From Escherichia phage dhabil, in the sequence record MN850621.1: a stretch of 64,000 nt of DNA. One strand, given 5' to 3'. The translations under genes were made by a program, and so were the position numbers. Each line of letters begins with the position of its first letter. The first letter of the stretch is position 1. Below, in pieces: positions 56,593-64,000 of this stretch. Under the pieces are notes generated by a model. The model was not told the origin of the DNA and did not search any database. It saw only the letters and a list, made by a program, of their open reading frames with translations.

Positions 56593-57041
56593 TTCTTAGC
56601 CTCAAAATGGATTACCGGACACATCTTAGATTTACGAGCTTTAATATATTGAATGAAAACATTTTCTTTAATTTCCTTTCCTTCACGTTTAGCTTTAATG
56701 CGTTCCCATTCTTTTTCTTCTTTACGTAAATCGTACCGGGCCCATAAATTCATTAGACCATACACCAAACCAAAAGCTACCGCTAGAATAAGGGCTATTA
56801 TAATCAGTCCTAAAATAAAACCTAAACTTAAACCAACAGGAGTACTCAATACAAAGAACTGCTCCAATATACCGGCACCTGCAACAGTTAAGCCGAAAAT
56901 AGTACTACCTGCAAGCACAGAACACATAAAGCACACCCAAACCATTTTCCAGAAGTATGCGCATAATGATCGCGGACGCGAATAACTGGCATAAAAGCGG
57001 TCATGTAATTTAACATGCCAAGAGTTTTCATTGATAATCAT
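56589..57041 (-). CDS. integral membrane protein, 150 aa
   Basis: Three hydrophobic segments then a Lys/Glu-rich tail; translationally coupled to the nucleotidyltransferase. Confidence 0.5.
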   Translation of the reverse strand: MIINENSWHVKLHDRFYASYSRPRSLCAYFWKMVWVCFMCSVLAGSTIFGLTVAGAGILEQFFVLSTPVGLSLGFILGLIIIALILAVAFGLVYGLMNLWARYDLRKEEKEWERIKAKREGKEIKENVFIQYIKARKSKMCPVIHFEAKK

Positions 57042-57050
57042 AATATTTCC

Positions 57051-57611
57051 TTAAGAGTTCATAGTTGGGATAACAGAGTTCAGATAAGATACTAAAACTT
57101 TTAGCTCGTCCTTCGTAAATACAACTTCATTTTCACCGTCGTGTCTTTGGACCAAGGATAGCAAATCACGGCCCTGGTGTTGATACACGGTTAGTTCGGT
57201 ATCATAATCCATTTCTTCTTCATCACCTTCAAATGTTTCACTAGAACGAATTACGGCATCTTGACCAGGGACTTTCCATTCAACTTCCGGCTTGCATTCT
57301 TCCTGGAACAGTTTAAAAATACATTTAAAGAAATTACTAGAATCGCTAATGCTCAGACATTCTCCGTCTGTTTCCAAATTAAACCCTTTGTCATGGTTAT
57401 AAATCTGGGCCCATAAACCATCATTAATATCAAATACACCTCTAAATCTGCCATTAAGATATTCGTGTTTGTCCAAAACCTTTAAATCATAAAGCGGCTT
57501 GATATCTTGGATAGTCAGTACGATTTTATCGTCTTCTTGTGAAAGCACAATTGCATTATCAACTACTTCAGCAGTCAGGTCACCAAACAGCCCAGATGTT
57601 TCAATAATCAT
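57051..57611 (-). CDS. hypothetical acidic protein, 186 aa
   Basis: ATG at 57609-57611. Confidence 0.45.
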   Translation of the reverse strand: MIIETSGLFGDLTAEVVDNAIVLSQEDDKIVLTIQDIKPLYDLKVLDKHEYLNGRFRGVFDINDGLWAQIYNHDKGFNLETDGECLSISDSSNFFKCIFKLFQEECKPEVEWKVPGQDAVIRSSETFEGDEEEMDYDTELTVYQHQGRDLLSLVQRHDGENEVVFTKDELKVLVSYLNSVIPTMNS

Positions 57612-57621
57612 TTTCCGTTCC

Positions 57622-57804
57622 TCATTTCACATTTTGTTTAATAAAATTTAGCAATTCTTTAAGGGCTTTATCTTCTTCTTTAGAAAGCCTAGTACAATCA
57701 TCAACCGAGTAATGGTGACAAAATGCTGTTTCGAATCTGGCAACTGTACCAGCATAGGCCTCGATAAGCTCTTCAAGCTTTAAGTGCTTTTCTTTGGTTT
57801 TCAT
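57622..57804 (-). CDS. hypothetical protein, 60 aa
   Basis: ATG at 57802-57804. Confidence 0.4.
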   Translation of the reverse strand: MKTKEKHLKLEELIEAYAGTVARFETAFCHHYSVDDCTRLSKEEDKALKELLNFIKQNVK

Positions 57805-57807
57805 AAA

Positions 57808-58017
57808 TCACCGGTTATGTTTTAAAATACTATAAAGCTCTTCGACTTGGCTTGCATCCAGATAAATGACCTCGTCATCTTGTTCCAGGACAATTCCGCC
57901 TTTAATAAGATTCCACTCTACCACTTCAACAGTCATATCATCACCTGAACCTGCTAATGTTTCAGGTTTCAAAACAATAACACCATCTTCAGAATTACCA
58001 CTCGGGTCGTATAACAT
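57808..58017 (-). CDS. hypothetical acidic protein, about 69 aa
   Basis: ORF-track start is TTG at 58092; ATG at 58015-58017 with SD GAGGAA used. Confidence 0.35.
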   Translation of the reverse strand: MLYDPSGNSEDGVIVLKPETLAGSGDDMTVEVVEWNLIKGGIVLEQDDEVIYLDASQVEELYSILKHNR

Positions 58018-58108
58018 TACAGTTTCCTCGCTAACCGTGAAAAGAATAAACCTATTAAAACTGGACCAATAAGCATTGTAAGCCAAGCCCAAGGTTCAAG
58101 ATAGTAAA

Positions 58109-58366
58109 TCATCTCATGCTCCTATGCCAACAGTTACGTGGCTCACGTTTAAAAATTTCATCATGCATTGACTGACAACCTACACAGTATATCACACCCT
58201 TAATAGCTTGACGTCGTGCTTCAGGAATCTCTTCATCACAATCAAAACAATATTTAGCCGATTCACGTTCAACTGCTACTTGCTTACGGGCGTGTACTAT
58301 AGCGGCCTGTACGACCGCTTCCATTTCGAGCTGTTCGGCCCCGTCCTTAGCAAATCCAACGGCCAC
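58109..58366 (-). CDS. TraR/DksA-family C4 zinc-finger protein
   Basis: CFDCDEEIPEARRQAIKGVIYCVGCQ (CxxC-N17-CxxC); start is GTG at 58366 or ATG at 58324. Confidence 0.5.
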   Translation of the reverse strand: MAVGFAKDGAEQLEMEAVVQAAIVHARKQVAVERESAKYCFDCDEEIPEARRQAIKGVIYCVGCQSMHDEIFKREPRNCWHRSMR

Positions 58367-58548
58367 TATGCTTTCAACCCATTAAGATACTCAACCAAGG
58401 CTGCTTTAGAGTTAGCCAAATCTCGTTTACACTGCTCTATTCCGGAATACGAATAACCTTCACAATATTCAACAGCCAGGTCATTGGATGCGTTTTCAAT
58501 GTGCTGGGCGAGTTTGATAATTTTCTCAATCTGTTCGGTAGTTAACAT
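58366..58548 (-). CDS. hypothetical protein, 60 aa
   Basis: ATG at 58546-58548. Confidence 0.4.
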   Translation of the reverse strand: MLTTEQIEKIIKLAQHIENASNDLAVEYCEGYSYSGIEQCKRDLANSKAALVEYLNGLKA

Positions 58549-58561
58549 AATATTTTCCTCA

Positions 58562-58792
58562 TTAAATTTTTTCGAATAATGCCAAAGCTTTTTCGATAGC
58601 TACAGATTTAGTACCAATAACCATTTTAGGCTGTGATTGGAACTTAGTAGCTTCATAAACTTCTAAACCAGTTACTTTACCGTTTTGTTCGATAATAGCA
58701 AAGGTAGCGTTTTCAAAATCTTCAGCTTTAACTTTAAGTGCTTTAGAAGCTTTAGCGATATCGATAACTTTCAGGTTGGTGATGGTTTTCAT
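58562..58792 (-). CDS. hypothetical protein, 76 aa
   Basis: ATG at 58790-58792; first gene after the promoter at 58801-58849. Confidence 0.45.
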   Translation of the reverse strand: MKTITNLKVIDIAKASKALKVKAEDFENATFAIIEQNGKVTGLEVYEATKFQSQPKMVIGTKSVAIEKALALFEKI

Positions 58793-58800
58793 TTTATTCT

Positions 58801-58849
58801 CCTCATTAGTTGATAGGTCTATAGTATCACGTTCCTAGAGGATGTAAAC
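58801..58849 (-). promoter_or_regulatory. T4-early-type promoter cassette
   Basis: Exact 20-mer core; minus GTTTAC (58844-58849), N17, TACTAT. Confidence 0.6.
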
Positions 58850-58858
58850 ACTAAAACG

Positions 58859-58884
58859 AAAAAAGGTCCCACCGAAGTGAGACC
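58859..58884 (-). terminator. intrinsic terminator, UUCG loop
   Basis: Stem GGTCCCAC/GTGAGACC (one mismatch) 58865-58884, loop cgaa, minus-strand TTTTTTCG. Confidence 0.55.
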
Positions 58885-58889
58885 TTTGA

Positions 58890-59276
58890 TTATTCTAACG
58901 TTAACAAATACTTAGTCTGGTAAAAGACACCAGTGATGTCGTCCAAAGTCGATTGGATGGCCTTAGGAAGATTTTTGTAGATTTTATCAGACGCTTTAAT
59001 AAGTTCATCAAGAAAATCTATGGGGTCTTTAGGCAGTTCTGAAGCAGACGGTAGTGATGCTTTATATTCTTTGCCACTAAATCCTAAATACTGTTCACTG
59101 AACTGGTCTAGTGGTCCTTGAACTTCTGTATAATAGAAGTCATATGCTTTGTGTCTTGCATAGCTTTTGGTTTCCAAATGGGCTGACTTAAAATAGGCTA
59201 AAGAAACCAACAGCCAGCCAATATAAGAATCTACTTCAGTCCCTCGACTAAGTACGAAATCATTGAATTTCATCAT
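58890..59276 (-). CDS. hypothetical protein, 128 aa, at the position of T4 rI.-1
   Basis: ATG at 59274-59276. Confidence 0.45.
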   Translation of the reverse strand: MMKFNDFVLSRGTEVDSYIGWLLVSLAYFKSAHLETKSYARHKAYDFYYTEVQGPLDQFSEQYLGFSGKEYKASLPSASELPKDPIDFLDELIKASDKIYKNLPKAIQSTLDDITGVFYQTKYLLTLE

Positions 59277-59553
59277 CTACCTTCATTAGTTTAGCGTATC
59301 GTTCTCCGATAGCCCGACCTTCAATCGAGCAAGACTCTATTGTATTGCAATTTGAAATTTTCCAAGAAGCAGTTACATAAGCCCAGTAGTCTTCGGAAGC
59401 CTTTACACTAGGTTTACTCATTTGCGCATAAACTGGCATCGCACTACTAGCAAAGGCATCCATCAATTTAGGGTCGGATTTGTTTGCTAGTGAAGATGTC
59501 GGGCTTAAACATCCAATCATAAGGATACAAGCCACTGTACGGAAAATACCCAT
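59260..59553 (-). CDS. rI: RI-like lysis inhibition regulator (signal-anchored periplasmic protein)
   Basis: 97 aa; N-terminal hydrophobic anchor; C-terminal EGRAIGERYAKLM resembles T4 RI as recalled; position near tk. Confidence 0.5.
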   Translation of the reverse strand: MGIFRTVACILMIGCLSPTSSLANKSDPKLMDAFASSAMPVYAQMSKPSVKASEDYWAYVTASWKISNCNTIESCSIEGRAIGERYAKLMKVDDEIQ

Positions 59554-59646
59554 ACAAAAGTCCTTTGTTATTTTATACGAATTTGCCTTTCGGCCTTAAC
59601 CGATAGCGATTACCAAAAGCTAAAGCTCTACGGTTAGTATTACTAT

Positions 59647-59925
59647 TTATAGCTTTTTAAGCTTACGACAATAAGAATAGAACACGTCGTTAAAATTATA
59701 TTCAACCCAATTCCTCTGTATAGGCGAGGTAATGGAAAGCATATAATGCGCTTTAATTAAATCCATTCCATTTTTATTAGGACATTCTTTATTATTAGCA
59801 TTATACGTCGCTGCTACAACTTCTATCTCTCTTTTGTAAGCCACATCATCCATGATGGGCGAAAGAACAATATAAGAGATGGCCACAGCGAACGCTAGAA
59901 TTAAAATCTTTGAATTTAGGTCCAT
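59647..59925 (-). CDS. signal-anchored periplasmic protein, 92 aa
   Basis: N-terminal transmembrane segment with VLSP motif; adjacent to tk. Confidence 0.45.
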   Translation of the reverse strand: MDLNSKILILAFAVAISYIVLSPIMDDVAYKREIEVVAATYNANNKECPNKNGMDLIKAHYMLSITSPIQRNWVEYNFNDVFYSYCRKLKKL

Positions 59926-59932
59926 AGTACCC

Positions 59933-60505
59933 TCAACTCGTTATTTCTATCCAGTGCTTCCTGCACAATGACACGTAAGAATCGTTGCCACCTATAGAAA
60001 CTTGGGCTCCGTCCTTAATTGCGATACCATCTTGGACCCTAGCAGTCATAGTAGCTTTACGGCCGCAATGGCACACACCTTTGTACTCAACGAGTTTATC
60101 TGCTGTAGCGAGTAATTCAGCAGAACCAGGAAACAGTTTACCCTGAAAATCAGTTCTTAGCCCATAGCACATAACTGGAACATTATAATTGTCTACTATC
60201 TTTGCCAGTTGTTTTATCTGTGCAGGTTCTAAGAACTGTGCTTCATCCACAAACACACAGTGGATATCTTTTTGAGATTCAGCCCAACGATAGAACTCGT
60301 ATAGGTCCATATCCGGAGTCACTGCATTAGCCTCTTGACTAATCCCTATACGAGACGAAATGGTATGGCTTGATTCTCTATTGTCTATCGCAGGCTTTAA
60401 AAGGAGCACGCCCATACCACGTTCTTTGTAGTTATGAGCCGCTGTTAGCAATGAAGCGGTCTTACCTGAGTTCATTGCCGCATAGTGAAAATAAAGTTGA
60501 GCCAT
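59933..60505 (-). CDS. tk: thymidine kinase
   Basis: 190 aa; P-loop AAMNSGKT; C-terminal zinc ribbon CHCGRKATMTAR...SLCRKH typical of type II thymidine kinase. Confidence 0.9.
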   Translation of the reverse strand: MAQLYFHYAAMNSGKTASLLTAAHNYKERGMGVLLLKPAIDNRESSHTISSRIGISQEANAVTPDMDLYEFYRWAESQKDIHCVFVDEAQFLEPAQIKQLAKIVDNYNVPVMCYGLRTDFQGKLFPGSAELLATADKLVEYKGVCHCGRKATMTARVQDGIAIKDGAQVSIGGNDSYVSLCRKHWIEITS

Positions 60506-60514
60506 ATTACCTTC

Positions 60515-60700
60515 TTAAAGACTATTCACATAAGCAATTAATTCGTTTTCTTTCGCATCAAATCTATTAGCAAATTCTTCCTGATGTTCGGCATCTATTG
60601 GGCCGTATTCATCGTAAAAAGCGTTTGCTTCTGTATGCTCATCCAAAAGCTCATGGATAAGCTCAAACAATCTACTTTTCTGACTAATACTTAAACTCAT
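60515..60700 (-). CDS. hypothetical acidic protein, 61 aa
   Basis: ATG at 60698-60700. Confidence 0.4.
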   Translation of the reverse strand: MSLSISQKSRLFELIHELLDEHTEANAFYDEYGPIDAEHQEEFANRFDAKENELIAYVNSL

Positions 60701-60903
60701 TTAGGTTCACCATATCGCACAAATTTAGGATGTTCGCAATAACCAGAATGAAAACCTTCACCCTTATGATTAGAGCAGCCTTTATTAGAGCAATACCACC
60801 AGTAATCATATTCGCAATTCATTTCATCGTTGCATAAAGCTGCGATTACAGGCCATTCACATTTTTCACATTTGGCCGTTTTAAGAATTCGCACTTGACT
60901 CAT
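60697..60903 (-). CDS. Cys/His-rich putative metal-binding protein, 68 aa
   Basis: CEKCEW...CNDEMNCEYDYWWYCSNKGCSNHKGEGFHSGYCEH. Confidence 0.45.
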   Translation of the reverse strand: MSQVRILKTAKCEKCEWPVIAALCNDEMNCEYDYWWYCSNKGCSNHKGEGFHSGYCEHPKFVRYGEPK

Positions 60904-61354
60904 AATCCACCACTATTAAATCAATATCAGGAGTAAACATGTCGATTAATTTAGAAACCTTGTCCCAATCACCACCAGCAATACCACAACCTATGCGCGG
61001 AATATAAATTCTTGGTTTAAACAAAAGGTCATTTGCTTGTAGATTTAATTCTATCATACAGTTTACTAAAGCACCGTAATCAAGATTAGGGCCTGGTTCG
61101 TATTGGGTGTACAAATTATAACACATACCAAACCCAGTAGGCTTATGTTTAAAAACAATAGACATGTCACCTAATTTATCACGAGAACCATATTCAGTAG
61201 TGGTCTTATCAATTTCTAATATTTTAGGATAGGCCCTTGCTAATTGACCAGCCACCCCTGAACCCATAGTATGAAAACAGTTGCACCCGTGTGCAATAAT
61301 ATTACCTTGAAGAAACAGGGCGACGATATCGCCCTTAATATAATCAATAATCAT
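60881..61354 (-). CDS. macrodomain protein, TARG1/DarG-like ADP-ribosyl hydrolase fold
   Basis: 157 aa; GDIVALFLQGNIIAHGCNCFHTMGSGVAGQLARAY and PRIGCGIAGGDW parallel the TARG1 motifs (LAHCISEDCRMGAGIA and PRIGCGLDRLQW) as I recall them. Confidence 0.6.
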   Translation of the reverse strand: MIIDYIKGDIVALFLQGNIIAHGCNCFHTMGSGVAGQLARAYPKILEIDKTTTEYGSRDKLGDMSIVFKHKPTGFGMCYNLYTQYEPGPNLDYGALVNCMIELNLQANDLLFKPRIYIPRIGCGIAGGDWDKVSKLIDMFTPDIDLIVVDYESSANS

Positions 61355-61707
61355 TTAGAGTTTAGCCCTCGGTTGTAAGAGTCAACGAGTCTGTCTACCA
61401 TAGACGCGCACATTTCTTTGTACTTTTTATCAGACGGAACACATTCAGTAACGTTTAGACGTTGCTCGTATCTTTTAGAAAGAGTTTTCTCTTTCATTCG
61501 GCGATGCTCGACGTCGTTCTGTCCATCTTTAAAAGCAGCTGTTATTTTTGAACTGAATTCAATAACGCATTCAGTATTACTCGGATGACAATAATCTTTT
61601 GCTGTACGGGTGGCATACTCGACAATTGAATTATTTGTATCATCAACCTGTGATGCTAATACTCCCGGAGCAATCAACATAAGCGCTATAGTCATCTGTT
61701 TAATCAT
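61351..61707 (-). CDS. secreted protein, 118 aa
   Basis: Signal peptide MIKQMTIALMLIAPGVLAS; four Cys in the mature part. Confidence 0.45.
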   Translation of the reverse strand: MIKQMTIALMLIAPGVLASQVDDTNNSIVEYATRTAKDYCHPSNTECVIEFSSKITAAFKDGQNDVEHRRMKEKTLSKRYEQRLNVTECVPSDKKYKEMCASMVDRLVDSYNRGLNSK

Positions 61708-62247
61708 TTAATATACCGCCTCAAACATCTTTTTAGATTTTAGGTAATTGGCCTTTTCTAGAACTTCGGAAGCATATTTACTGCCTGCTTTGACATTCCA
61801 GCCCGCATTATAAGAAGCAATCGCTTTTCTCAGGTCACCTTTGTGAACATCAATCCAATAAGACAGCTCAATGTAGGCCCAAGAGGCACTGTTCTGTCGT
61901 TTTTGGACCATGCGAATTATTTCTTTGTCTGACATCTTCCAACCTACCTGTTGAACACGACTTCTTAACGTAGGCAAGTAATTTTGGAACATGCCATAAG
62001 CATGGTGCTTATCTTTATTTAAACCTTGATTAATTCCAGCAGATGATTCCTGCCATAATAATCCGGCCATTATATATCCTAATCCTTTTTGATTAGGGTT
62101 TTCTTTGAACTTTCCCGACTTTTGGTATTGTTCACCGAAAGCATACGCATAATGTAAATTATCGAGTTGTTCATTACTGAAAGTAGGCTCTACGCTATAG
62201 GCAGACATACTAACTGTCAATAGTAAAGTGGCTAATACTTTTTTCAT
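61708..62247 (-). CDS. periplasmic lytic-transglycosylase-like (SLT domain) protein
   Basis: 179 aa; signal peptide; SLT signature QESSAG...YGMFQ (ES catalytic pair and GxxQ). Confidence 0.55.
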   Translation of the reverse strand: MKKVLATLLLTVSMSAYSVEPTFSNEQLDNLHYAYAFGEQYQKSGKFKENPNQKGLGYIMAGLLWQESSAGINQGLNKDKHHAYGMFQNYLPTLRSRVQQVGWKMSDKEIIRMVQKRQNSASWAYIELSYWIDVHKGDLRKAIASYNAGWNVKAGSKYASEVLEKANYLKSKKMFEAVY

Positions 62248-62259
62248 GAGACCTCATTA

Positions 62260-62718
62260 TTAAAGATAGATTACTTTCGTGCTGGTTTTACCTTCTAAAC
62301 GTTTAGAATTAACAAATGCCATACGACATTTTAATGAATATCCTTTATCAGGATGTTTACGATCTACGGTCATACCCAACCATAAGGTTTTATCGGTAAT
62401 CTCGAGACGCAGTGGACGATACACTTTACCTGGGACAATTTCAGATTCTATGTCAGGAAGAGGCTCCTGGATTAAAAATTCATGGATTTCTTTAACATGA
62501 TTGTGGAGCTTCTTGAACAAAGAGAAAACATATTTTTCGTCAATTTCACGTTGGATAGCACGGTCCAACAAGTGATTAGAGTACTTAATAAAGAAAGCTG
62601 GGACACCGCTCTTAATGGCGGCTTTTTTGATGGACGCGTTAAGTTCACGAAATTCGGTTTCGAACTGACGACGTAATTTGTTGCGGCGGATGAATACTTC
62701 TGAATTAATTTCTGACAT
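62260..62718 (-). CDS. regB: RegB site-specific endoribonuclease
   Basis: 152 aa; EVFIRRNKLRRQFETEFRELN...HLLDRAIQREIDEKYVF...YRPLRLEITDKTLWLG matches T4 RegB as recalled. Confidence 0.7.
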   Translation of the reverse strand: MSEINSEVFIRRNKLRRQFETEFRELNASIKKAAIKSGVPAFFIKYSNHLLDRAIQREIDEKYVFSLFKKLHNHVKEIHEFLIQEPLPDIESEIVPGKVYRPLRLEITDKTLWLGMTVDRKHPDKGYSLKCRMAFVNSKRLEGKTSTKVIYL

Positions 62719-62726
62719 TTTGTAAT

Positions 62727-62775
62727 CTCCTGTAGTTGATAGGTCTATAGTACCACGTCTACAGGAGATGTAAAC
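62727..62775 (-). promoter_or_regulatory. promoter cassette with RBS-pairing stem, upstream of regB
   Basis: Minus GTTTAC (62770-62775), N17, TACTAT (62747-62752); 9-bp arms ctcctgtag / ctacaggag, right arm contains the SD. Confidence 0.6.
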
Positions 62776-62780
62776 TGCTT

Positions 62781-63059
62781 TTAGTATTTTTCCTCAGGTT
62801 GGAAAACGGAACGACAGGCCCACATGGATGCTTCTTTCAAGCGTTCGATTGCCGTACGAATCTGGGCGAGGCGTTCATGAGTAAGGTCGAATTCTTCATC
62901 ACTCATTTTATCAACACCGGAGCATGTAAAGGCTTCAACATATTCTTCTTCTAATGCTTTAAAGATTAAGCCCAATCGAACTTCAGCATCTTTAATGGCA
63001 TTCACTTTACCGATTTTATCGTCGGTATGTGGCTTGTAACCTTTGATGTCTTCAATCAT
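62781..63059 (-). CDS. hypothetical protein, 92 aa
   Basis: ATG at 63057-63059. Confidence 0.4.
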   Translation of the reverse strand: MIEDIKGYKPHTDDKIGKVNAIKDAEVRLGLIFKALEEEYVEAFTCSGVDKMSDEEFDLTHERLAQIRTAIERLKEASMWACRSVFQPEEKY

Positions 63060-63274
63060 TTCACTTCCTCGCCAGTTGCGATATCATATTCCACCAAACG
63101 AAGGCCTTCAGTCCAACCTTGCACGGAGATATAAGTAGTTGGGTAAACCACTTCTTTACCATTCCACTGACCACCGTCCCAGACTTCCAGAAAGTCTTGT
63201 TCACCCGGCCCATTAAACCATTCAACAAATCTCTTCAGAGCTTCATCAGAGCCTTCAATTGTCAATTTAGACAT
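63056..63274 (-). CDS. hypothetical protein, 72 aa
   Basis: ATG at 63272-63274. Confidence 0.4.
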   Translation of the reverse strand: MSKLTIEGSDEALKRFVEWFNGPGEQDFLEVWDGGQWNGKEVVYPTTYISVQGWTEGLRLVEYDIATGEEVK

Positions 63275-63563
63275 ATTTTTTCCAGTCAGAAATCATATGA
63301 ATCTCTTGGTCATACGTCAAGAGACTGCGAGTAATAATACCCTTACACGGCCCAGAGATGAACTCGAGAGTGAAGTAAGGAACCTGTTTCATTAATCGGA
63401 TGCTTGGGGCGTGGCATCTAAAACGAGAGCCCTTAAAGGGCCCTGACATGAATACATATTCTAATGGATAGAAATAAGCATATTCGAAATTTGTAGTAAG
63501 GTCCTCTCTTCGAACCTTACGTGAGAAATAACAGAACTCAAAAAGCTCTTCATCAGTCATCAT
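63267..63563 (-). CDS. hypothetical protein, 98 aa
   Basis: ATG at 63561-63563. Confidence 0.4.
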   Translation of the reverse strand: MMTDEELFEFCYFSRKVRREDLTTNFEYAYFYPLEYVFMSGPFKGSRFRCHAPSIRLMKQVPYFTLEFISGPCKGIITRSLLTYDQEIHMISDWKKYV

Positions 63564-63979
63564 TGCATTCCTATCACAAAGAACAGTGGCAGAGGTTTAG
63601 AACCCTGGCACATAAATTTATTCATCATTACCTGGTAAGCTTCATAGAACTTATCCATCGCTGGTAGGCGAATAGGCTCTTCAATAATAATCAATAATCG
63701 GGTAACAGACAGTCCACGATACTTATGGAAGTTATCTTCGTCTAAAAATGAACGCACGGTATCATACACAACAAACCCAGGACCTTCTACTTGAAGGTGT
63801 GGTTGGGCCTTAGAAACCCTTTTTATTATATTACAGATTTCTCGTGAGCGATGCGAAGAACTTGACATAACAATCACATCATTACCCTTGGAAACCCAAT
63901 CCGCCGCGAACTGGGCGATGGCACTTGTTTTACCTGTTTGACGCCCGCCGTCAAGTCGAAGAGTACCAAACTCTTGCAT
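63560..63979 (-). CDS. P-loop-containing protein, 139 aa
   Basis: ATG at 63977-63979; Walker-A-like GGRQTGKTS. Confidence 0.45.
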   Translation of the reverse strand: MQEFGTLRLDGGRQTGKTSAIAQFAADWVSKGNDVIVMSSSSHRSREICNIIKRVSKAQPHLQVEGPGFVVYDTVRSFLDEDNFHKYRGLSVTRLLIIIEEPIRLPAMDKFYEAYQVMMNKFMCQGSKPLPLFFVIGMQ

Positions 63980-64000
63980 TCTTGAAGTAGGTTCATACCA

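Noticed and set aside
248-62775. CRISPR-like array, given the recurring 20-mer TTGATAGGTCTATAGTATCA
   Set aside because: Copies are 0.3-10 kb apart, always intergenic, each with -35/-10 promoter geometry and followed by a gene start; they are promoter cassettes, not CRISPR repeats.
1-64000. tRNA, rRNA, intron, or homing-endonuclease genes
   Set aside because: No cloverleaf-like conserved tRNA features (such as a GTTC T-loop in suitable context) or large GIY-YIG/HNH ORFs were seen; the T4 tRNA cluster and intron-bearing genes lie outside this syntenic interval.

Overview
The window is a densely packed T4-like (Tevenvirinae) myophage segment, with essentially all genes on the minus strand. It covers the T4-syntenic interval motA–52–ac–stp–ndd–rIIB–rIIA–39–dexA–dda–modA/modB–soc–56–61–sp–dmd–41–40–uvsX–42–imm–43–regA–62–44–45–46–47–55–49–nrdC–rI–tk–regB. 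Gene calls rest on motifs read in the ORF translations, on gene order and size relative to T4, and on T4 sequences as I remember them; no database search was run. The ORF track sometimes begins at TTG or GTG codons upstream of the real start; where an in-frame ATG with a Shine-Dalgarno gave a better start I moved the coordinate and say so. Main differences from T4: (1) no alpha- or beta-glucosyltransferase at the syntenic positions; instead a translationally coupled cluster (sugar-1-phosphate nucleotidyltransferase–kinase fusion, HAD phosphatase, Tmk-like kinase, ThyA-family dCMP-hydroxymethylase-like protein, 297-aa unknown) lies between imm and uvsX, which I read as an alternative hydroxymethylcytosine hypermodification system and consider the best candidate for the undescribed system; (2) topoisomerase genes 39 and 60 are one continuous ORF; (3) no nrdD/nrdG between genes 49 and 55; (4) a TARG1/DarG-like macrodomain protein next to tk; (5) a membrane protein–Pol-beta nucleotidyltransferase pair plus a P-loop ATPase in the nrdC–rI accessory region. 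Intergenic regions carry about 20 copies of a T4-early-type promoter cassette (GTTTAC-N17-TAnnAT), often with inverted-repeat arms that pair with the downstream ribosome-binding site, and GC-stem/UUCG-loop terminators. No tRNA, rRNA, CRISPR array, intron or homing endonuclease was recognised.
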